Origin: a virus | Direction: 5' to 3' (one strand) | Virus record (IMG/VR): IMGVR_UViG_3300028394_000037 | DNA: 64,000 nucleotides | Shown here: positions 8,672 through 18,122 of the stretch, piece after piece | Numbering within the stretch: the stretch's first letter is position 1 | How the letters are laid out: every line of letters starts with the position of its first letter | Translations under genes and position numbers: made by a program | Notes under the pieces: generated by a model | Database searches by the model: none | What the model was told of the DNA's origin: nothing | The model's input: only the letters and a program-made list of their open reading frames with translations

Positions 8672-8723
8672 GTTACATTCCTTAACACCTATTTATCATA
8701 GCATTGTCAGGAAATCCTGTCAA
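8672..8723 (-). promoter_or_regulatory. psbA promoter: sigma70 plus overlapping late promoter and HLR1-like box
   Basis: TTGACA(8723-8718)-17-TATGAT(8700-8695), overlapping GATAAATA; GTTACATT-CC-TTAACACC at 8672-8689. Confidence 0.8.
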
Positions 8724-8812
8724 GACATAAAAAAGGACCCCTTTCGGAGTCCTCTTGAAAGTTTTAGTTGGTAATCAAATTTCAGAAAACAGTGCAACTC
8801 TATTTCCAATAG

Positions 8813-9328
8813 TCAAATTGTTTTGTATCCATAAAACACAGTTTGACCTATACCGCTATTATTAGTAATACCAAACGAAAAAGTATTAGTATTACTGACA
8901 GCGGGACTAGATGTACTTATAGATCCAGATGTGCCGATTATTTGACTTGGTATTGATGTTAATACTAATTGATTTCCAGCAATATAATACCAACCATATT
9001 GATTACCTATTACTGGAACATTTGAATTTGAAATGGAAACAGTAGCATTCCAAATACAAATACCATTTGATATATTACCTCTCATCCACATCACATAATT
9101 TGCATTTGCTGGTACAGTAAAACTATAAGTACCAATACCAGTAGATACAGTCCAACTACCTTGATTTCCACCACATATCGCCAACCCTCCCATAGTTGAT
9201 CCATCGGATAAACTTAAAGATGTAATATTAGGATCATAAAATATTTCTCCTTCATTTCCAACAAATTGGGTTGGTTGTGAATCTCCGAGTTTTTCAACAA
9301 GAATTCTATAGGTAGTGTTAGTAATCAT
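8813..9328 (-). CDS. Putative virion structural/fibre-associated protein
   Basis: S/T/G/N-rich beta protein, FVGNEGEIFYD N-terminal motif, late promoter AATAAATA at ~9357-9350. Confidence 0.55.
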   Translation of the reverse strand: MITNTTYRILVEKLGDSQPTQFVGNEGEIFYDPNITSLSLSDGSTMGGLAICGGNQGSWTVSTGIGTYSFTVPANANYVMWMRGNISNGICIWNATVSISNSNVPVIGNQYGWYYIAGNQLVLTSIPSQIIGTSGSISTSSPAVSNTNTFSFGITNNSGIGQTVFYGYKTI

Positions 9329-9462
9329 TTTTTTAGGATATTTTATTTTTATTTATTAAATCCTACATAACATTATTAATACAATAATTATTGTTGCACT
9401 ATAATTCGTGGATATTTATATTATAATACAAATTTCCTAAATATTTCAAGAACCTTCCAATA

Positions 9463-9651
9463 ATGTCTAGGGACTTCAACACTCCGATTAGAGAACCGTG
9501 GAATGGTCCTATTCATAGGATATTGAAGGCAATAGATAATCATACAGACATTTATATAAAAACCGGAGATACCTGGCATGAAGAACAAGCCAAATATCTC
9601 CGTCAATATGTTTATAATTTAAAAGACTGGATAATCAGTCAAGAAAATTAG
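9463..9651 (+). CDS. Hypothetical protein (only credible + strand gene)
   Basis: 62 aa ORF with CTAAATA late-type promoter at 9437-9443. Confidence 0.65.
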   Translation: MSRDFNTPIREPWNGPIHRILKAIDNHTDIYIKTGDTWHEEQAKYLRQYVYNLKDWIISQEN

Positions 9652-10322
9652 ATTACATTACAACATCTTTTGTAATACATCTTACGATCATCCAATCCAT
9701 TATAACCACCATTTACTCTGAGAGTAACCTGATCTACGGTTGGATTTGTATCACATAGAGAATTCATTTGATTATTCATCCACCAGAAACCAGCACTGGT
9801 AAATGGATAGCGAGTAGCAACATATGATACACCACTCATCACTTCTGGATCTTTAATATAGTTAGCAAATGCCTGATAGTTTGCTCTACCAGTCAGTTGA
9901 ATATACCCAGCACCCTTATACTTCTTACCATCACCAGATTGAGTATTACCAAGATCATCACGACCCTCATAAGCATCACCGGATGCCAGTTCCATTTTAT
10001 ATCTTCCACCACCAGACTCATGAGAAATCTGTGAAAGAAAATGACGAATACGAGAAGGAGTAGTAATATCAAAAGTCTTCAGGCACTTATTCAGTTCAAC
10101 AATTTCTGTATCTTGAATGAGTTTAGTAGTACAGCCCCAGATGAATGCAAGTTGTTCTTTTGAAACAAGTTGCATACCATAAACTGGTGGTTTTGTTCTA
10201 TAGAGTTTTGCAAACTCTTCAAGAATATCAGGTGCTACGTGCTGTTGAAGATACTCCCATGCTTTCAGTTGCTCTGGAGTATTCTTATTATACTTAATCG
10301 CATCTAAAAAGTTAATAGTCAT
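9648..10322 (-). CDS. Glycoside hydrolase family 19 endolysin
   Basis: [19 protein letters not shown]...[26 protein letters not shown]; probable start MTINF overlapping upstream stop. Confidence 0.9.
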   Translation of the reverse strand: MTINFLDAIKYNKNTPEQLKAWEYLQQHVAPDILEEFAKLYRTKPPVYGMQLVSKEQLAFIWGCTTKLIQDTEIVELNKCLKTFDITTPSRIRHFLSQISHESGGGRYKMELASGDAYEGRDDLGNTQSGDGKKYKGAGYIQLTGRANYQAFANYIKDPEVMSGVSYVATRYPFTSAGFWWMNNQMNSLCDTNPTVDQVTLRVNGGYNGLDDRKMYYKRCCNVI

Positions 10323-11011
10323 GTGAAAATCCTTCCCCATCCATCGTTCCCATTTGGGCACCAACGAGCAACTAATTCAGACTTCTTATAGATAGCACCC
10401 TTACCATTATAAACATCCCCAGTATAACCATCATTAAGTGAACCATAAGGATCATTTACAACATAATCACCACCTTCTGTCTTACCAACTACAACGACCA
10501 TGTGGCCCCCAGTAGGATTAGACAAAGAACCTCTATGAAGAATGCCAATAACCACAGGTCGTCCAGCAGACAACTCACAATCAAGATCTGCGAAAGACAG
10601 ATTGTAACTAAACTCAGAACGGATACCGTAGTCAGATAATGCCTTTGTTTGAACTTCGTGATCTGTTGTATCACCGATTGAAAAGACTTTGCGAACATAC
10701 GCATCATCTCCTTTTACTCCTATTAAAGTGCCTGGTTTAAAATACTGAAGACACATCGCACAACTAGAACTATTACAAGTGCGCGATGCATCTGTATAAT
10801 TATCAGTTTGTGGATAATAAGGAACATCTAAACGAATAGATGATTTTGGCCTTTCAATTTTTGTTCTGTAAATGCGAACCCAATTTGCACTATCTTCAAG
10901 AAGTGCTGCAGCATACTTTTCAATATTTGATTCAAGTTCAGCTACTGCAGCAACGTGTTTTGGATTTTTTGCATCATAATTCTTAAAAAAGTTATGCAAA
11001 TCTATTTTCAT
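10319..11011 (-). CDS. Peptidase C39-like protein
   Basis: [11 protein letters not shown]...[22 protein letters not shown] (Q-C-H-D catalytic pattern). Confidence 0.85.
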   Translation of the reverse strand: MKIDLHNFFKNYDAKNPKHVAAVAELESNIEKYAAALLEDSANWVRIYRTKIERPKSSIRLDVPYYPQTDNYTDASRTCNSSSCAMCLQYFKPGTLIGVKGDDAYVRKVFSIGDTTDHEVQTKALSDYGIRSEFSYNLSFADLDCELSAGRPVVIGILHRGSLSNPTGGHMVVVVGKTEGGDYVVNDPYGSLNDGYTGDVYNGKGAIYKKSELVARWCPNGNDGWGRIFT

Positions 11012-11040
11012 ACAAATCTCGCGTATGCCTTTTATTTATT

Positions 11041-11250
11041 TCACCATAACCCAGGAATAATCTGCCCGGTCACAGCATAAGCACCAAGAGCAGCAATTAC
11101 TCCCAGCATCGCAAAACGACCATTCAGTTTTTCTGCACGTTCGCTATAAGTTTCTTGTTCGTGTTTCATTTGATCTTCCTCTGTGATATACATTTTGGGT
11201 TCTCTGGCGAACATATTTTGGCGTCCACCGTCTTCAGTCGTAACAGTCAT
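11041..11250 (-). CDS. hli: High light-inducible protein
   Basis: AEKLNGRFAMLG...YAVTGQIIPG chlorophyll-binding motif. Confidence 0.95.
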   Translation of the reverse strand: MTVTTEDGGRQNMFAREPKMYITEEDQMKHEQETYSERAEKLNGRFAMLGVIAALGAYAVTGQIIPGLW

Positions 11251-11256
11251 TATTGT

Positions 11257-11315
11257 TTTATGAAGTTTTACAACAATATTATATAGAAAAAAAGAGAGGG
11301 TGTCAACCCTCTCTT
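11257..11315 (-). promoter_or_regulatory. Terminator-embedded sigma70 promoter for hli with HLR1-like box
   Basis: TTGACA(11306-11301)-17-TATAAT(11283-11278) in the same hairpin sequence as at 3650-3676; TTTATGAA-GT-TTTACAAC at 11257-11274. Confidence 0.8.
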
Positions 11316-11324
11316 GAAATTAGA

Positions 11325-12209
11325 TCAGAACTTGAAACCAAGTCCGACAGTGCCGGTTACATTGTAACCTTGACCACTGCCGTAGTTGTAGGTAGCCCTA
11401 CCAGCCCTGACAGATCCAAAGGTTTCGGCACCAGTGTTGCTGAAAGGAATCTTGGCATCGGCAAACAGAACAATGTTCTTTGCTACTGATACTTCAGCAC
11501 CTGCGACACCGATACCAGCACCCTGATTGCCACCAACCTGTCCACCAGCACCAAGATAGATGTTAGCAGTAGATACCTTACTACCATCAGCAAGAGTACG
11601 ACGGGCAATAGGAATATCCAGAGTAGCAAGTCCACCACCGAATACACCGCCACTCACATAGTTAGGAGTAGAAGTGAATGTTACATAAGGACGAGCAGAC
11701 ACTGCATACTGACTACCAAGATCAAATGCCTTTACACGACCTTGAAGAGTGATACCTGACTCATAAGCACGGGAAGCAAGAGGAGTAATACCAGGATAGT
11801 TAGCAGCATTGCCAGAAAAAGCAATACCACCATAGTTACCAACACCGAGTTCACGACGTTGAGTGGCAGTCACGGCAGCAACTTCCAACTTGGTTACACG
11901 GTTGCTCACAGCACCGATTTGAGCACGAAGAGCAGCACCCAACTTAGCATCTGCTTCAGTGTAGAATGCAGTGATGTTGTCAAGGCAATGATTTGTCAGA
12001 GCAAAAACTTCATCACGAGTTGCATCAGCAGCAGGCTTAAGAGTGCCGTTAGGATAACCAGCAAGACATCCATAGCGTGAGTTAAGATTTTGAATTGCCT
12101 GATATGCCCAGTCGGTAGGTTGCAGATCCGAATAGGTAGCAGGAGCAGCAAGTACAGGAGCAGAAGTTGCGATAACAGCAACACCAGCAAGAATTGAACG
12201 AGTAATCAT
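11325..12209 (-). CDS. SLH-domain outer-membrane protein (SomA/B porin-like N-terminus, short barrel)
   Basis: Signal peptide, SDLQPTDWAYQAIQNL..RYGCLAGYPNGT SLH motif, coiled coil, C-terminal GLGFKF beta-signal. Confidence 0.8.
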   Translation of the reverse strand: MITRSILAGVAVIATSAPVLAAPATYSDLQPTDWAYQAIQNLNSRYGCLAGYPNGTLKPAADATRDEVFALTNHCLDNITAFYTEADAKLGAALRAQIGAVSNRVTKLEVAAVTATQRRELGVGNYGGIAFSGNAANYPGITPLASRAYESGITLQGRVKAFDLGSQYAVSARPYVTFTSTPNYVSGGVFGGGLATLDIPIARRTLADGSKVSTANIYLGAGGQVGGNQGAGIGVAGAEVSVAKNIVLFADAKIPFSNTGAETFGSVRAGRATYNYGSGQGYNVTGTVGLGFKF

Positions 12210-12260
12210 AAGTTTTATTAAAGTGAAATGTTAAAAGACTTTTTAGGAGTCTCAAGAACC

Positions 12261-12294
12261 TATTTAGTGTAACATATTGAAATGTGAATGTCAA
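12261..12294 (-). promoter_or_regulatory. Sigma70 promoter with overlapping late promoter
   Basis: TTGACA-17-TACACT overlapping CTAAATA. Confidence 0.7.
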
Positions 12295-13115
12295 CCCTCT
12301 TGTTGGGATTGTGCGGCAGAATTTTCGGTTATCCGCCCAAGATAAGGATCATAATCCATATAATCTTTGATGTCAATATTCGCACCATTCTGTGCCCAAA
12401 AATTTGATAGCGCATCATGTGGGGCTTTATGAAATATTGAAACGTGCTCTGGATGAATAGTAGATTCCATATTCAAATTATAAAGAAACAAGGGAATGGT
12501 ATAAGTTTTTCCAGATTCTAAAACAACATCTTCAGAAACTGCTCTTGGTTTTACACCATTATCAAGTTTATATTTTTCTCCTCGCATATGATTTTTTACA
12601 ATTTTAGAAGCATGATGACGAGTAATCAAATAAATTGCCGCAGAAAAATCATTTATAAACCGAATGTGAAGTTTAACGTGAATATCTCCGGTACAAATTG
12701 TAGTCAATTGTAAACAATCCCAATCATGAGGAGTATGAGAAAAGAAATCATCCCAAGTAAAATTCCAATATTTTACAAGATCAAAACTTACATCATCCTC
12801 AACAATTAAGCAATATTCATCTTCAGTATTTTCATAAAAATGTTTAATTGCTTTGAGATGTGACATACAACATCCAAGTTCATTTTGAGTTACATTGTCA
12901 GGTATCCTCCCCTTAAGATATGATGAGACATCATCAATTCTTCCATCATAACCAGAAATTCTGGTATGATTTTTAATATCCCAATACTCAAATTGCTGCT
13001 CCATATACTGGCGCCTATCAGTATCAGAATCAAGATTCAACCAGTAAATATGAGGGATATTTACTAACTTATAGATGGATTTATTCTTGTCCATCACCAA
13101 TTCTTGTCCATTCAT
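12291..13115 (-). CDS. Glycosyltransferase family 25-like
   Basis: YWLNLD....RR..M, ELGC.MSH.KA, LIVEDD. Confidence 0.85.
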   Translation of the reverse strand: MNGQELVMDKNKSIYKLVNIPHIYWLNLDSDTDRRQYMEQQFEYWDIKNHTRISGYDGRIDDVSSYLKGRIPDNVTQNELGCCMSHLKAIKHFYENTEDEYCLIVEDDVSFDLVKYWNFTWDDFFSHTPHDWDCLQLTTICTGDIHVKLHIRFINDFSAAIYLITRHHASKIVKNHMRGEKYKLDNGVKPRAVSEDVVLESGKTYTIPLFLYNLNMESTIHPEHVSIFHKAPHDALSNFWAQNGANIDIKDYMDYDPYLGRITENSAAQSQQEG

Positions 13116-13905
13116 TGGGAATTAAATCTTTAGTATCGTGATTTTTAGTATAACCAATATTGCCAAACCATTGATTTGGTGATATTACTTTTTTATTTTG
13201 ATTTGAAGATAACCATGCTCCCCACCAAGAAAATGTAGAGTTTGCAATAATAAAATCATTGCAAAGAGACATTAAGCAAAGATCAACTCTATTATCAATA
13301 TTTTCTGAAATCATAAAGCGATCATCGGAAAATAATGTTTGATCATTACACCATTTGGGATCGTCTGAAAAAACAATCACATTACGATCATCATCAAAAT
13401 ATTTTAGAGCATCCTCATAATATTTAAGAGATAAGTTAAAATGATTTTCACTATTGGTAAGATAATCTGTGCGGCGAATATGAAGTGCAATTGGATTTTC
13501 AACTGAAGAAATCATCTCCTTACATGGATTTAAAATTTCATCTTTGAAGATAAAATCTTCACGAATCTCTGTCTCAATATGTTTGAAGTATTTTTCAGAT
13601 TGAAAAAATCCATGAAGAGATACGTGATCTGGACAGAGTTTGAAAAGTTCTTCATCAAAATGAAAAAATCTTTCTTGAACTACTGGTGCATTTCCATTGT
13701 TGAGTAATCCAATATTTGCCCTAAGATTAAAACTGTCAAATAGTTCTGAACGAAGTTTATTGCCAATTCCATCATCTACTGCATCCTTATAATAAGGAAC
13801 AATAATATCTGCTCCTACATTTCTAGCAATACCTTTGAGAGATGCATACTGAAACATCTGATTTGCCAGACGACCCATCCTACCAAGAGCATTAAATCCT
13901 ATCAT
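13081..13905 (-). CDS. GT11 alpha-1,2-fucosyltransferase-like
   Basis: GRLANQMFQYA, G.FQSEKYF, HIRRTDY, IIANSTFSWWGAWL. Confidence 0.9.
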   Translation of the reverse strand: MIGFNALGRMGRLANQMFQYASLKGIARNVGADIIVPYYKDAVDDGIGNKLRSELFDSFNLRANIGLLNNGNAPVVQERFFHFDEELFKLCPDHVSLHGFFQSEKYFKHIETEIREDFIFKDEILNPCKEMISSVENPIALHIRRTDYLTNSENHFNLSLKYYEDALKYFDDDRNVIVFSDDPKWCNDQTLFSDDRFMISENIDNRVDLCLMSLCNDFIIANSTFSWWGAWLSSNQNKKVISPNQWFGNIGYTKNHDTKDLIPNEWTRIGDGQE

Positions 13906-14708
13906 ACCAATTCTTGTCTGCGTTTTTTTAGATAGTCCAGATTCTCATAATACTGTATCAATTGATTTTTGTCAAATGTCTTGATTTGATTCCACAACTG
14001 ATAATTATTATTAAAATTTGGATTATTAAACCAAGAGTTTGGGGTTCTTGAATGCTCTAAATGATATGCATAATTATCAATTCTTGCAATACGATTACCA
14101 AGGACACTCATACGATAATAAAATTCATCATCCTCACATCCCCATGAAATAAAGTTTTCATTCATCATAAAGGAGTCAATATAAACTTGACGGTTTATAA
14201 ATTGACTCCATCCAATTGTGGAATTATAAAGTGTTTTATTTTTATCTAATATTCTTGTATCCAGATTTAAAATAAATTCATCATAGATGTCAAAATTATA
14301 TTCTGCTTTCCATTGATAAACACCACACTGATATGGATAAACCACATCTGCATGATTTTCATTAATCAATTGATAAGCATCAAAATATGATTGAACGGGT
14401 AAAATTGCATCAGCATCATAATTTGCTACGACTTTTGTGTTTGATGCAACAATTAGATCATTCAATACTTTACTTTTACAGAACCAAGGTTCAAAACTTT
14501 CTTCATAAAAATAAGTCAGATTAGATGTATCAACATACTTTCTAATTTCTGGAATTGCTCTAAATTGAAAAGTAGGATGATTTGATACTTCCTTTACAAT
14601 TACCTTTGCAGGAATATGTTTAAGAAGATAAGAAACGGAAGAAATAATATTCCTTAAACGATCTTCGGTTTCAATTTTAGTGGGAATTAAAAAAGTTAAA
14701 TCCATCAT
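13902..14708 (-). CDS. GT-A glycosyltransferase (GT2/GT7-like)
   Basis: DAD motif, NENF..WGCEDDEF..R, YHLEH. Confidence 0.8.
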   Translation of the reverse strand: MMDLTFLIPTKIETEDRLRNIISSVSYLLKHIPAKVIVKEVSNHPTFQFRAIPEIRKYVDTSNLTYFYEESFEPWFCKSKVLNDLIVASNTKVVANYDADAILPVQSYFDAYQLINENHADVVYPYQCGVYQWKAEYNFDIYDEFILNLDTRILDKNKTLYNSTIGWSQFINRQVYIDSFMMNENFISWGCEDDEFYYRMSVLGNRIARIDNYAYHLEHSRTPNSWFNNPNFNNNYQLWNQIKTFDKNQLIQYYENLDYLKKRRQELV

Positions 14709-15559
14709 ACCTCAACAATTTTTCTTTCAATTTCTGTAAAATAATTTGGATGCATATCACTGGTATCCAAATGTAAAAGTGCCTTTCCAAACCATGGAGT
14801 AGGTACATAAACTTTTTTATTTTTATTAGAACTCAACCAAGCAATCCACCAAGAAAATGTGCTATTTGAAATAATAAAATCAGAACACAAAGATGATACA
14901 CACATATCAAAATATCCTTTACGAATATTTTCTGGCGTTTCTTCTACAAAAATAAAATTAGTACCATTAAATATTTCCTTACACCATGAAATATCATCAG
15001 ACGTAATTAGATATTGTCTATCTTTTCCCAAAAGATTAATGCATTCATAATAATAAGATTCTGTACAGGGAGCATGATAATTTTGAAACTTTATAAAATC
15101 ACCACGTCTTGCATTAATACAAACAGCATCTTGTATATTATTTTTACTATGAAACTTTTGAGATTCTTCTAATATATTAGACTTAAATGTAAAATCAGAT
15201 CTAATTTCTTCTTCAACATTTTGATAATACTTATGACTTTCAAAGTGGCCATGAAGAGTTACATTATCAGGACATTCATCAAATAGTTCTTGACAAAAAT
15301 GATGCTGCTCTAATTCAACAATATCACCCTCAACTTCACCGAATCTATTGCCCAGATGAGTCATTTCAAAGCAATGTTGAAGTTGATGATATACAGTAAC
15401 AATCCCATCACCCTGAGGACGATCAAACCAAGTTGCTTGAGAATGATCTGGAATACAGAAATCAAATCCTCTATTTTTTGCTATACCGACTAAAGCAGAA
15501 TATTGGAACATTTGATTTCCAAGTCTGCCATTAGCTCCCAAAGAATTCATACCAATCAT
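14705..15559 (-). CDS. GT11 fucosyltransferase-like
   Basis: GRLGNQMFQY, RRGDF, IISNSTFSWW.AWL. Confidence 0.9.
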   Translation of the reverse strand: MIGMNSLGANGRLGNQMFQYSALVGIAKNRGFDFCIPDHSQATWFDRPQGDGIVTVYHQLQHCFEMTHLGNRFGEVEGDIVELEQHHFCQELFDECPDNVTLHGHFESHKYYQNVEEEIRSDFTFKSNILEESQKFHSKNNIQDAVCINARRGDFIKFQNYHAPCTESYYYECINLLGKDRQYLITSDDISWCKEIFNGTNFIFVEETPENIRKGYFDMCVSSLCSDFIISNSTFSWWIAWLSSNKNKKVYVPTPWFGKALLHLDTSDMHPNYFTEIERKIVEV

Positions 15560-15562
15560 AAA

Positions 15563-15943
15563 TTAGTCTCCTTTTGAAAGTCTATAACTATCTTCATCAA
15601 AATGCTGTGTAGAAAATTCAAATAATTCTGTATCTTCTAAAGCAAACATCTGATGCCGAAGTCCTCTGTAAATATGAAATTTATCTCCCATATTCAATAC
15701 GATTTCATCAGCATATGCCATCTCATCGCCATCAGAATATTTGAGAAGTATCTTCCCACTTTGAATGTAAAAAGTTTCATCTTTCAACTTATGGTAATGC
15801 CAAGAGCATTTCTTACCCTTTACAAAATAAAGAAGTTTGCCGCAGTATTCTTCTGTATTAACAATCCACTTTTCAAATCCCCATCCTTTTGGAACAAAAT
15901 TAATCTGCAAAGAATTCATCTGAATTAATCCCTTTGTCATCAA
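15563..15943 (-). CDS. Cupin-fold sugar isomerase
   Basis: VPKGWG.E.W..N...YCGK.L, SWHYH..KDETFY, H..F.ST.H. Confidence 0.8.
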   Translation of the reverse strand: MMTKGLIQMNSLQINFVPKGWGFEKWIVNTEEYCGKLLYFVKGKKCSWHYHKLKDETFYIQSGKILLKYSDGDEMAYADEIVLNMGDKFHIYRGLRHQMFALEDTELFEFSTQHFDEDSYRLSKGD

Positions 15944-16226
15944 TGTAAAAATTACCAGAAGGTTTTCCTAAAAATAATTCATGATATTTACATTCCCACA
16001 ATCTCAATTGAAGTTCTGTAATGTCATAAAATCTTGATTTTGCCAGATCAGCATTATTATTGTACCGACCCATTCCTCTGGCAGTTAGATATACAATGTA
16101 GTTTCCTTCATCATATAACTTATTTATTTTGTCTATTCTATCATAAATTGGAAGAGCACTTGAATAATCACCATTAGTTACTGATGTACAAATAGTTCCG
16201 TCAATATCAACAACATATTTTTTCAT
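15900..16226 (-). CDS. Minimal HAD-superfamily phosphatase
   Basis: VDIDGTIC, TARG, GKP...YIDDK. Confidence 0.85.
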   Translation of the reverse strand: MKKYVVDIDGTICTSVTNGDYSSALPIYDRIDKINKLYDEGNYIVYLTARGMGRYNNNADLAKSRFYDITELQLRLWECKYHELFLGKPSGNFYIDDKGINSDEFFAD

Positions 16227-16624
16227 GATTGATTTTGTAATTGCTCTAAAAACTTGGTAGTAGAATATTCACCGTACCTATCAAAGAATCTTACCTCATG
16301 TGCAAATTTGCCTCCCACTATTTCACCATTTCTCCAGTCACCACCCTTGACCAAAATATCTGGCCTATACAATTCTATCAAACGCTCAAGTTCAAGATTG
16401 GTATTAAAAGTCAAAACAGTATCAATATATTTGATTGATTCTAACATCAACTTTCTGTGAGATAATGTATTGATAGGCCTACAGTTTCCTTTATCAATTT
16501 TAATTTTTTCATCAGTATCTGTAGCAACAATCAAACGGTCACCAAGAGACTTTGCAATTTTAAACAATTCAATATGTCCAGGATGAAGAATATCAAAACA
16601 CCCATTCACAAAAATAGTTTTCAT
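16223..16624 (-). CDS. HldE/RfaE domain II-like heptose-1-phosphate adenylyltransferase
   Basis: NGCFDILHPGH, KG..RPIN, PDILVKGGDW, YSTT. Confidence 0.85.
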   Translation of the reverse strand: MKTIFVNGCFDILHPGHIELFKIAKSLGDRLIVATDTDEKIKIDKGNCRPINTLSHRKLMLESIKYIDTVLTFNTNLELERLIELYRPDILVKGGDWRNGEIVGGKFAHEVRFFDRYGEYSTTKFLEQLQNQS

Positions 16625-17397
16625 GATAAAAATTCTTTTACAGTTTTAAACTCATAATCCAACCATTCAGATTTGGCACAAGTATAGTCCTGATACTTTC
16701 CTACCAAGTGCTGTGGGAATGGAACATAATTAATACTTCCATTATACTTGGAAGCAACGCATTCTGCAACATGCTGAAAACTTACAGGATTACCAGTGCC
16801 CAGATCATAAATTCCAGATGGTCTGTTATTATTAAGCACAATCTCAACCAAGTCACCAACCCAAATAAAATCTCTCAAAAACTTATCAGACCCTTCAAAC
16901 AAATTTAACAATCCAGTTTCTTTGATTTGTTTGGCGAATTTACTTACAGGACTTGCCTGATCTCCTTTGTTTTGCTCACCATCTCCATAAACATTGAAAT
17001 ATCTAAATCCTTGAATATGAGAAAATTTATCAATATTATCAGTAACCCAATAATCTATTTGAAGTTTAGAAATTGCATAGTAATTCAGAGGATTAAAAAT
17101 ACCTTGCTGATTGCCATAAACAGAAGCTGATGATGCATACTTTACAGGTATGCCATACTTAATTGCAAATTCAAATAACAATAAGGTATAATCAACATTC
17201 CATTTATGAATTTTATTAACATCAGTTTCAATGGTAGATGAAATTGCTCCCTGATGAAGAATTAGAGAGACATCATCCCATTCTTTAAACTCTCTAAAAA
17301 ACTGCCAACAATTATGTTGATCCAATTCAACAACATTATCTAATTTGGATTTAAAGTTTTTTCCAATAAATCCACTGGCACCAGTAAGTATAATCAT
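16621..17397 (-). CDS. hldD: ADP-L-glycero-D-manno-heptose 6-epimerase
   Basis: TGASGFIG, HQGA.SST.E, YASSASVYG, PLN.YA.SK, GFRYFNVYG..E..KG..AS, RDFIWV, YQ.YT.A. Confidence 0.85.
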   Translation of the reverse strand: MIILTGASGFIGKNFKSKLDNVVELDQHNCWQFFREFKEWDDVSLILHQGAISSTIETDVNKIHKWNVDYTLLLFEFAIKYGIPVKYASSASVYGNQQGIFNPLNYYAISKLQIDYWVTDNIDKFSHIQGFRYFNVYGDGEQNKGDQASPVSKFAKQIKETGLLNLFEGSDKFLRDFIWVGDLVEIVLNNNRPSGIYDLGTGNPVSFQHVAECVASKYNGSINYVPFPQHLVGKYQDYTCAKSEWLDYEFKTVKEFLS

Positions 17398-18122
17398 ATT
17401 GTAGTCACTCCCCTTTGAGATACAACTTTTGAGGCACACTGATTTGCATACTTAATACTATCCCCAACATCATCAGTCTCTAAAAATTTAACTACAAATG
17501 CAGATATGAAGGTATCTCCTGCACCAGATAAATCCCGTACTTCTACTTTCTTTGTTGGGTATCTTTTCCCCCGATACTCACAACCCAATCCTCCCATTGT
17601 ATGAATAATTTTTTCCGATAACTCTTTAGTCAAAAACTGTTTTGAATTTTCATATTCAACATCATTAATTTTAATGAATCTTGCTTTGCTCGCCCAATCA
17701 CCAAGAATTTTTTTAGTATCAATAAAAACATTAGGATGATTTTCACAAATATAACTAATATCTTCTGAGGTTAAAAATCCTTTATTATAGTCAGATATTA
17801 CAATAGCATCATAATCTAGATCTATTTTTTTAACATTTGTTCTTTTTATTTCTTGAGTGGTATCAACTCTAAAAAACATATGATTAGTTTCTTGATGAAC
17901 ATATCTGGTTTTGGTTAGTTGATACCAATCCTTATTTGTATGAATATCAACCTTTCCATATATACTTTCAATATTTCTACGAACGTTTCCAGCCATTCCC
18001 GGATTTTCTCTTTGATCTATAATGTTTAATACTGGAACAGGTGCTTCTGGACATAATCTATTAGAATTACAATATACAAAAATGTCTCTGCAACTTTCAC
18101 CAATTACAAGAATTTTCTTCAT
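17394..18122 (-). CDS. HldE/RfaE domain I-like heptose-7-phosphate kinase (PfkB fold)
   Basis: R.CPEAPVPV, GMAGNV, ISDYNKG, V.D.SGAGDTF. Confidence 0.85.
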   Translation of the reverse strand: MKKILVIGESCRDIFVYCNSNRLCPEAPVPVLNIIDQRENPGMAGNVRRNIESIYGKVDIHTNKDWYQLTKTRYVHQETNHMFFRVDTTQEIKRTNVKKIDLDYDAIVISDYNKGFLTSEDISYICENHPNVFIDTKKILGDWASKARFIKINDVEYENSKQFLTKELSEKIIHTMGGLGCEYRGKRYPTKKVEVRDLSGAGDTFISAFVVKFLETDDVGDSIKYANQCASKVVSQRGVTTI

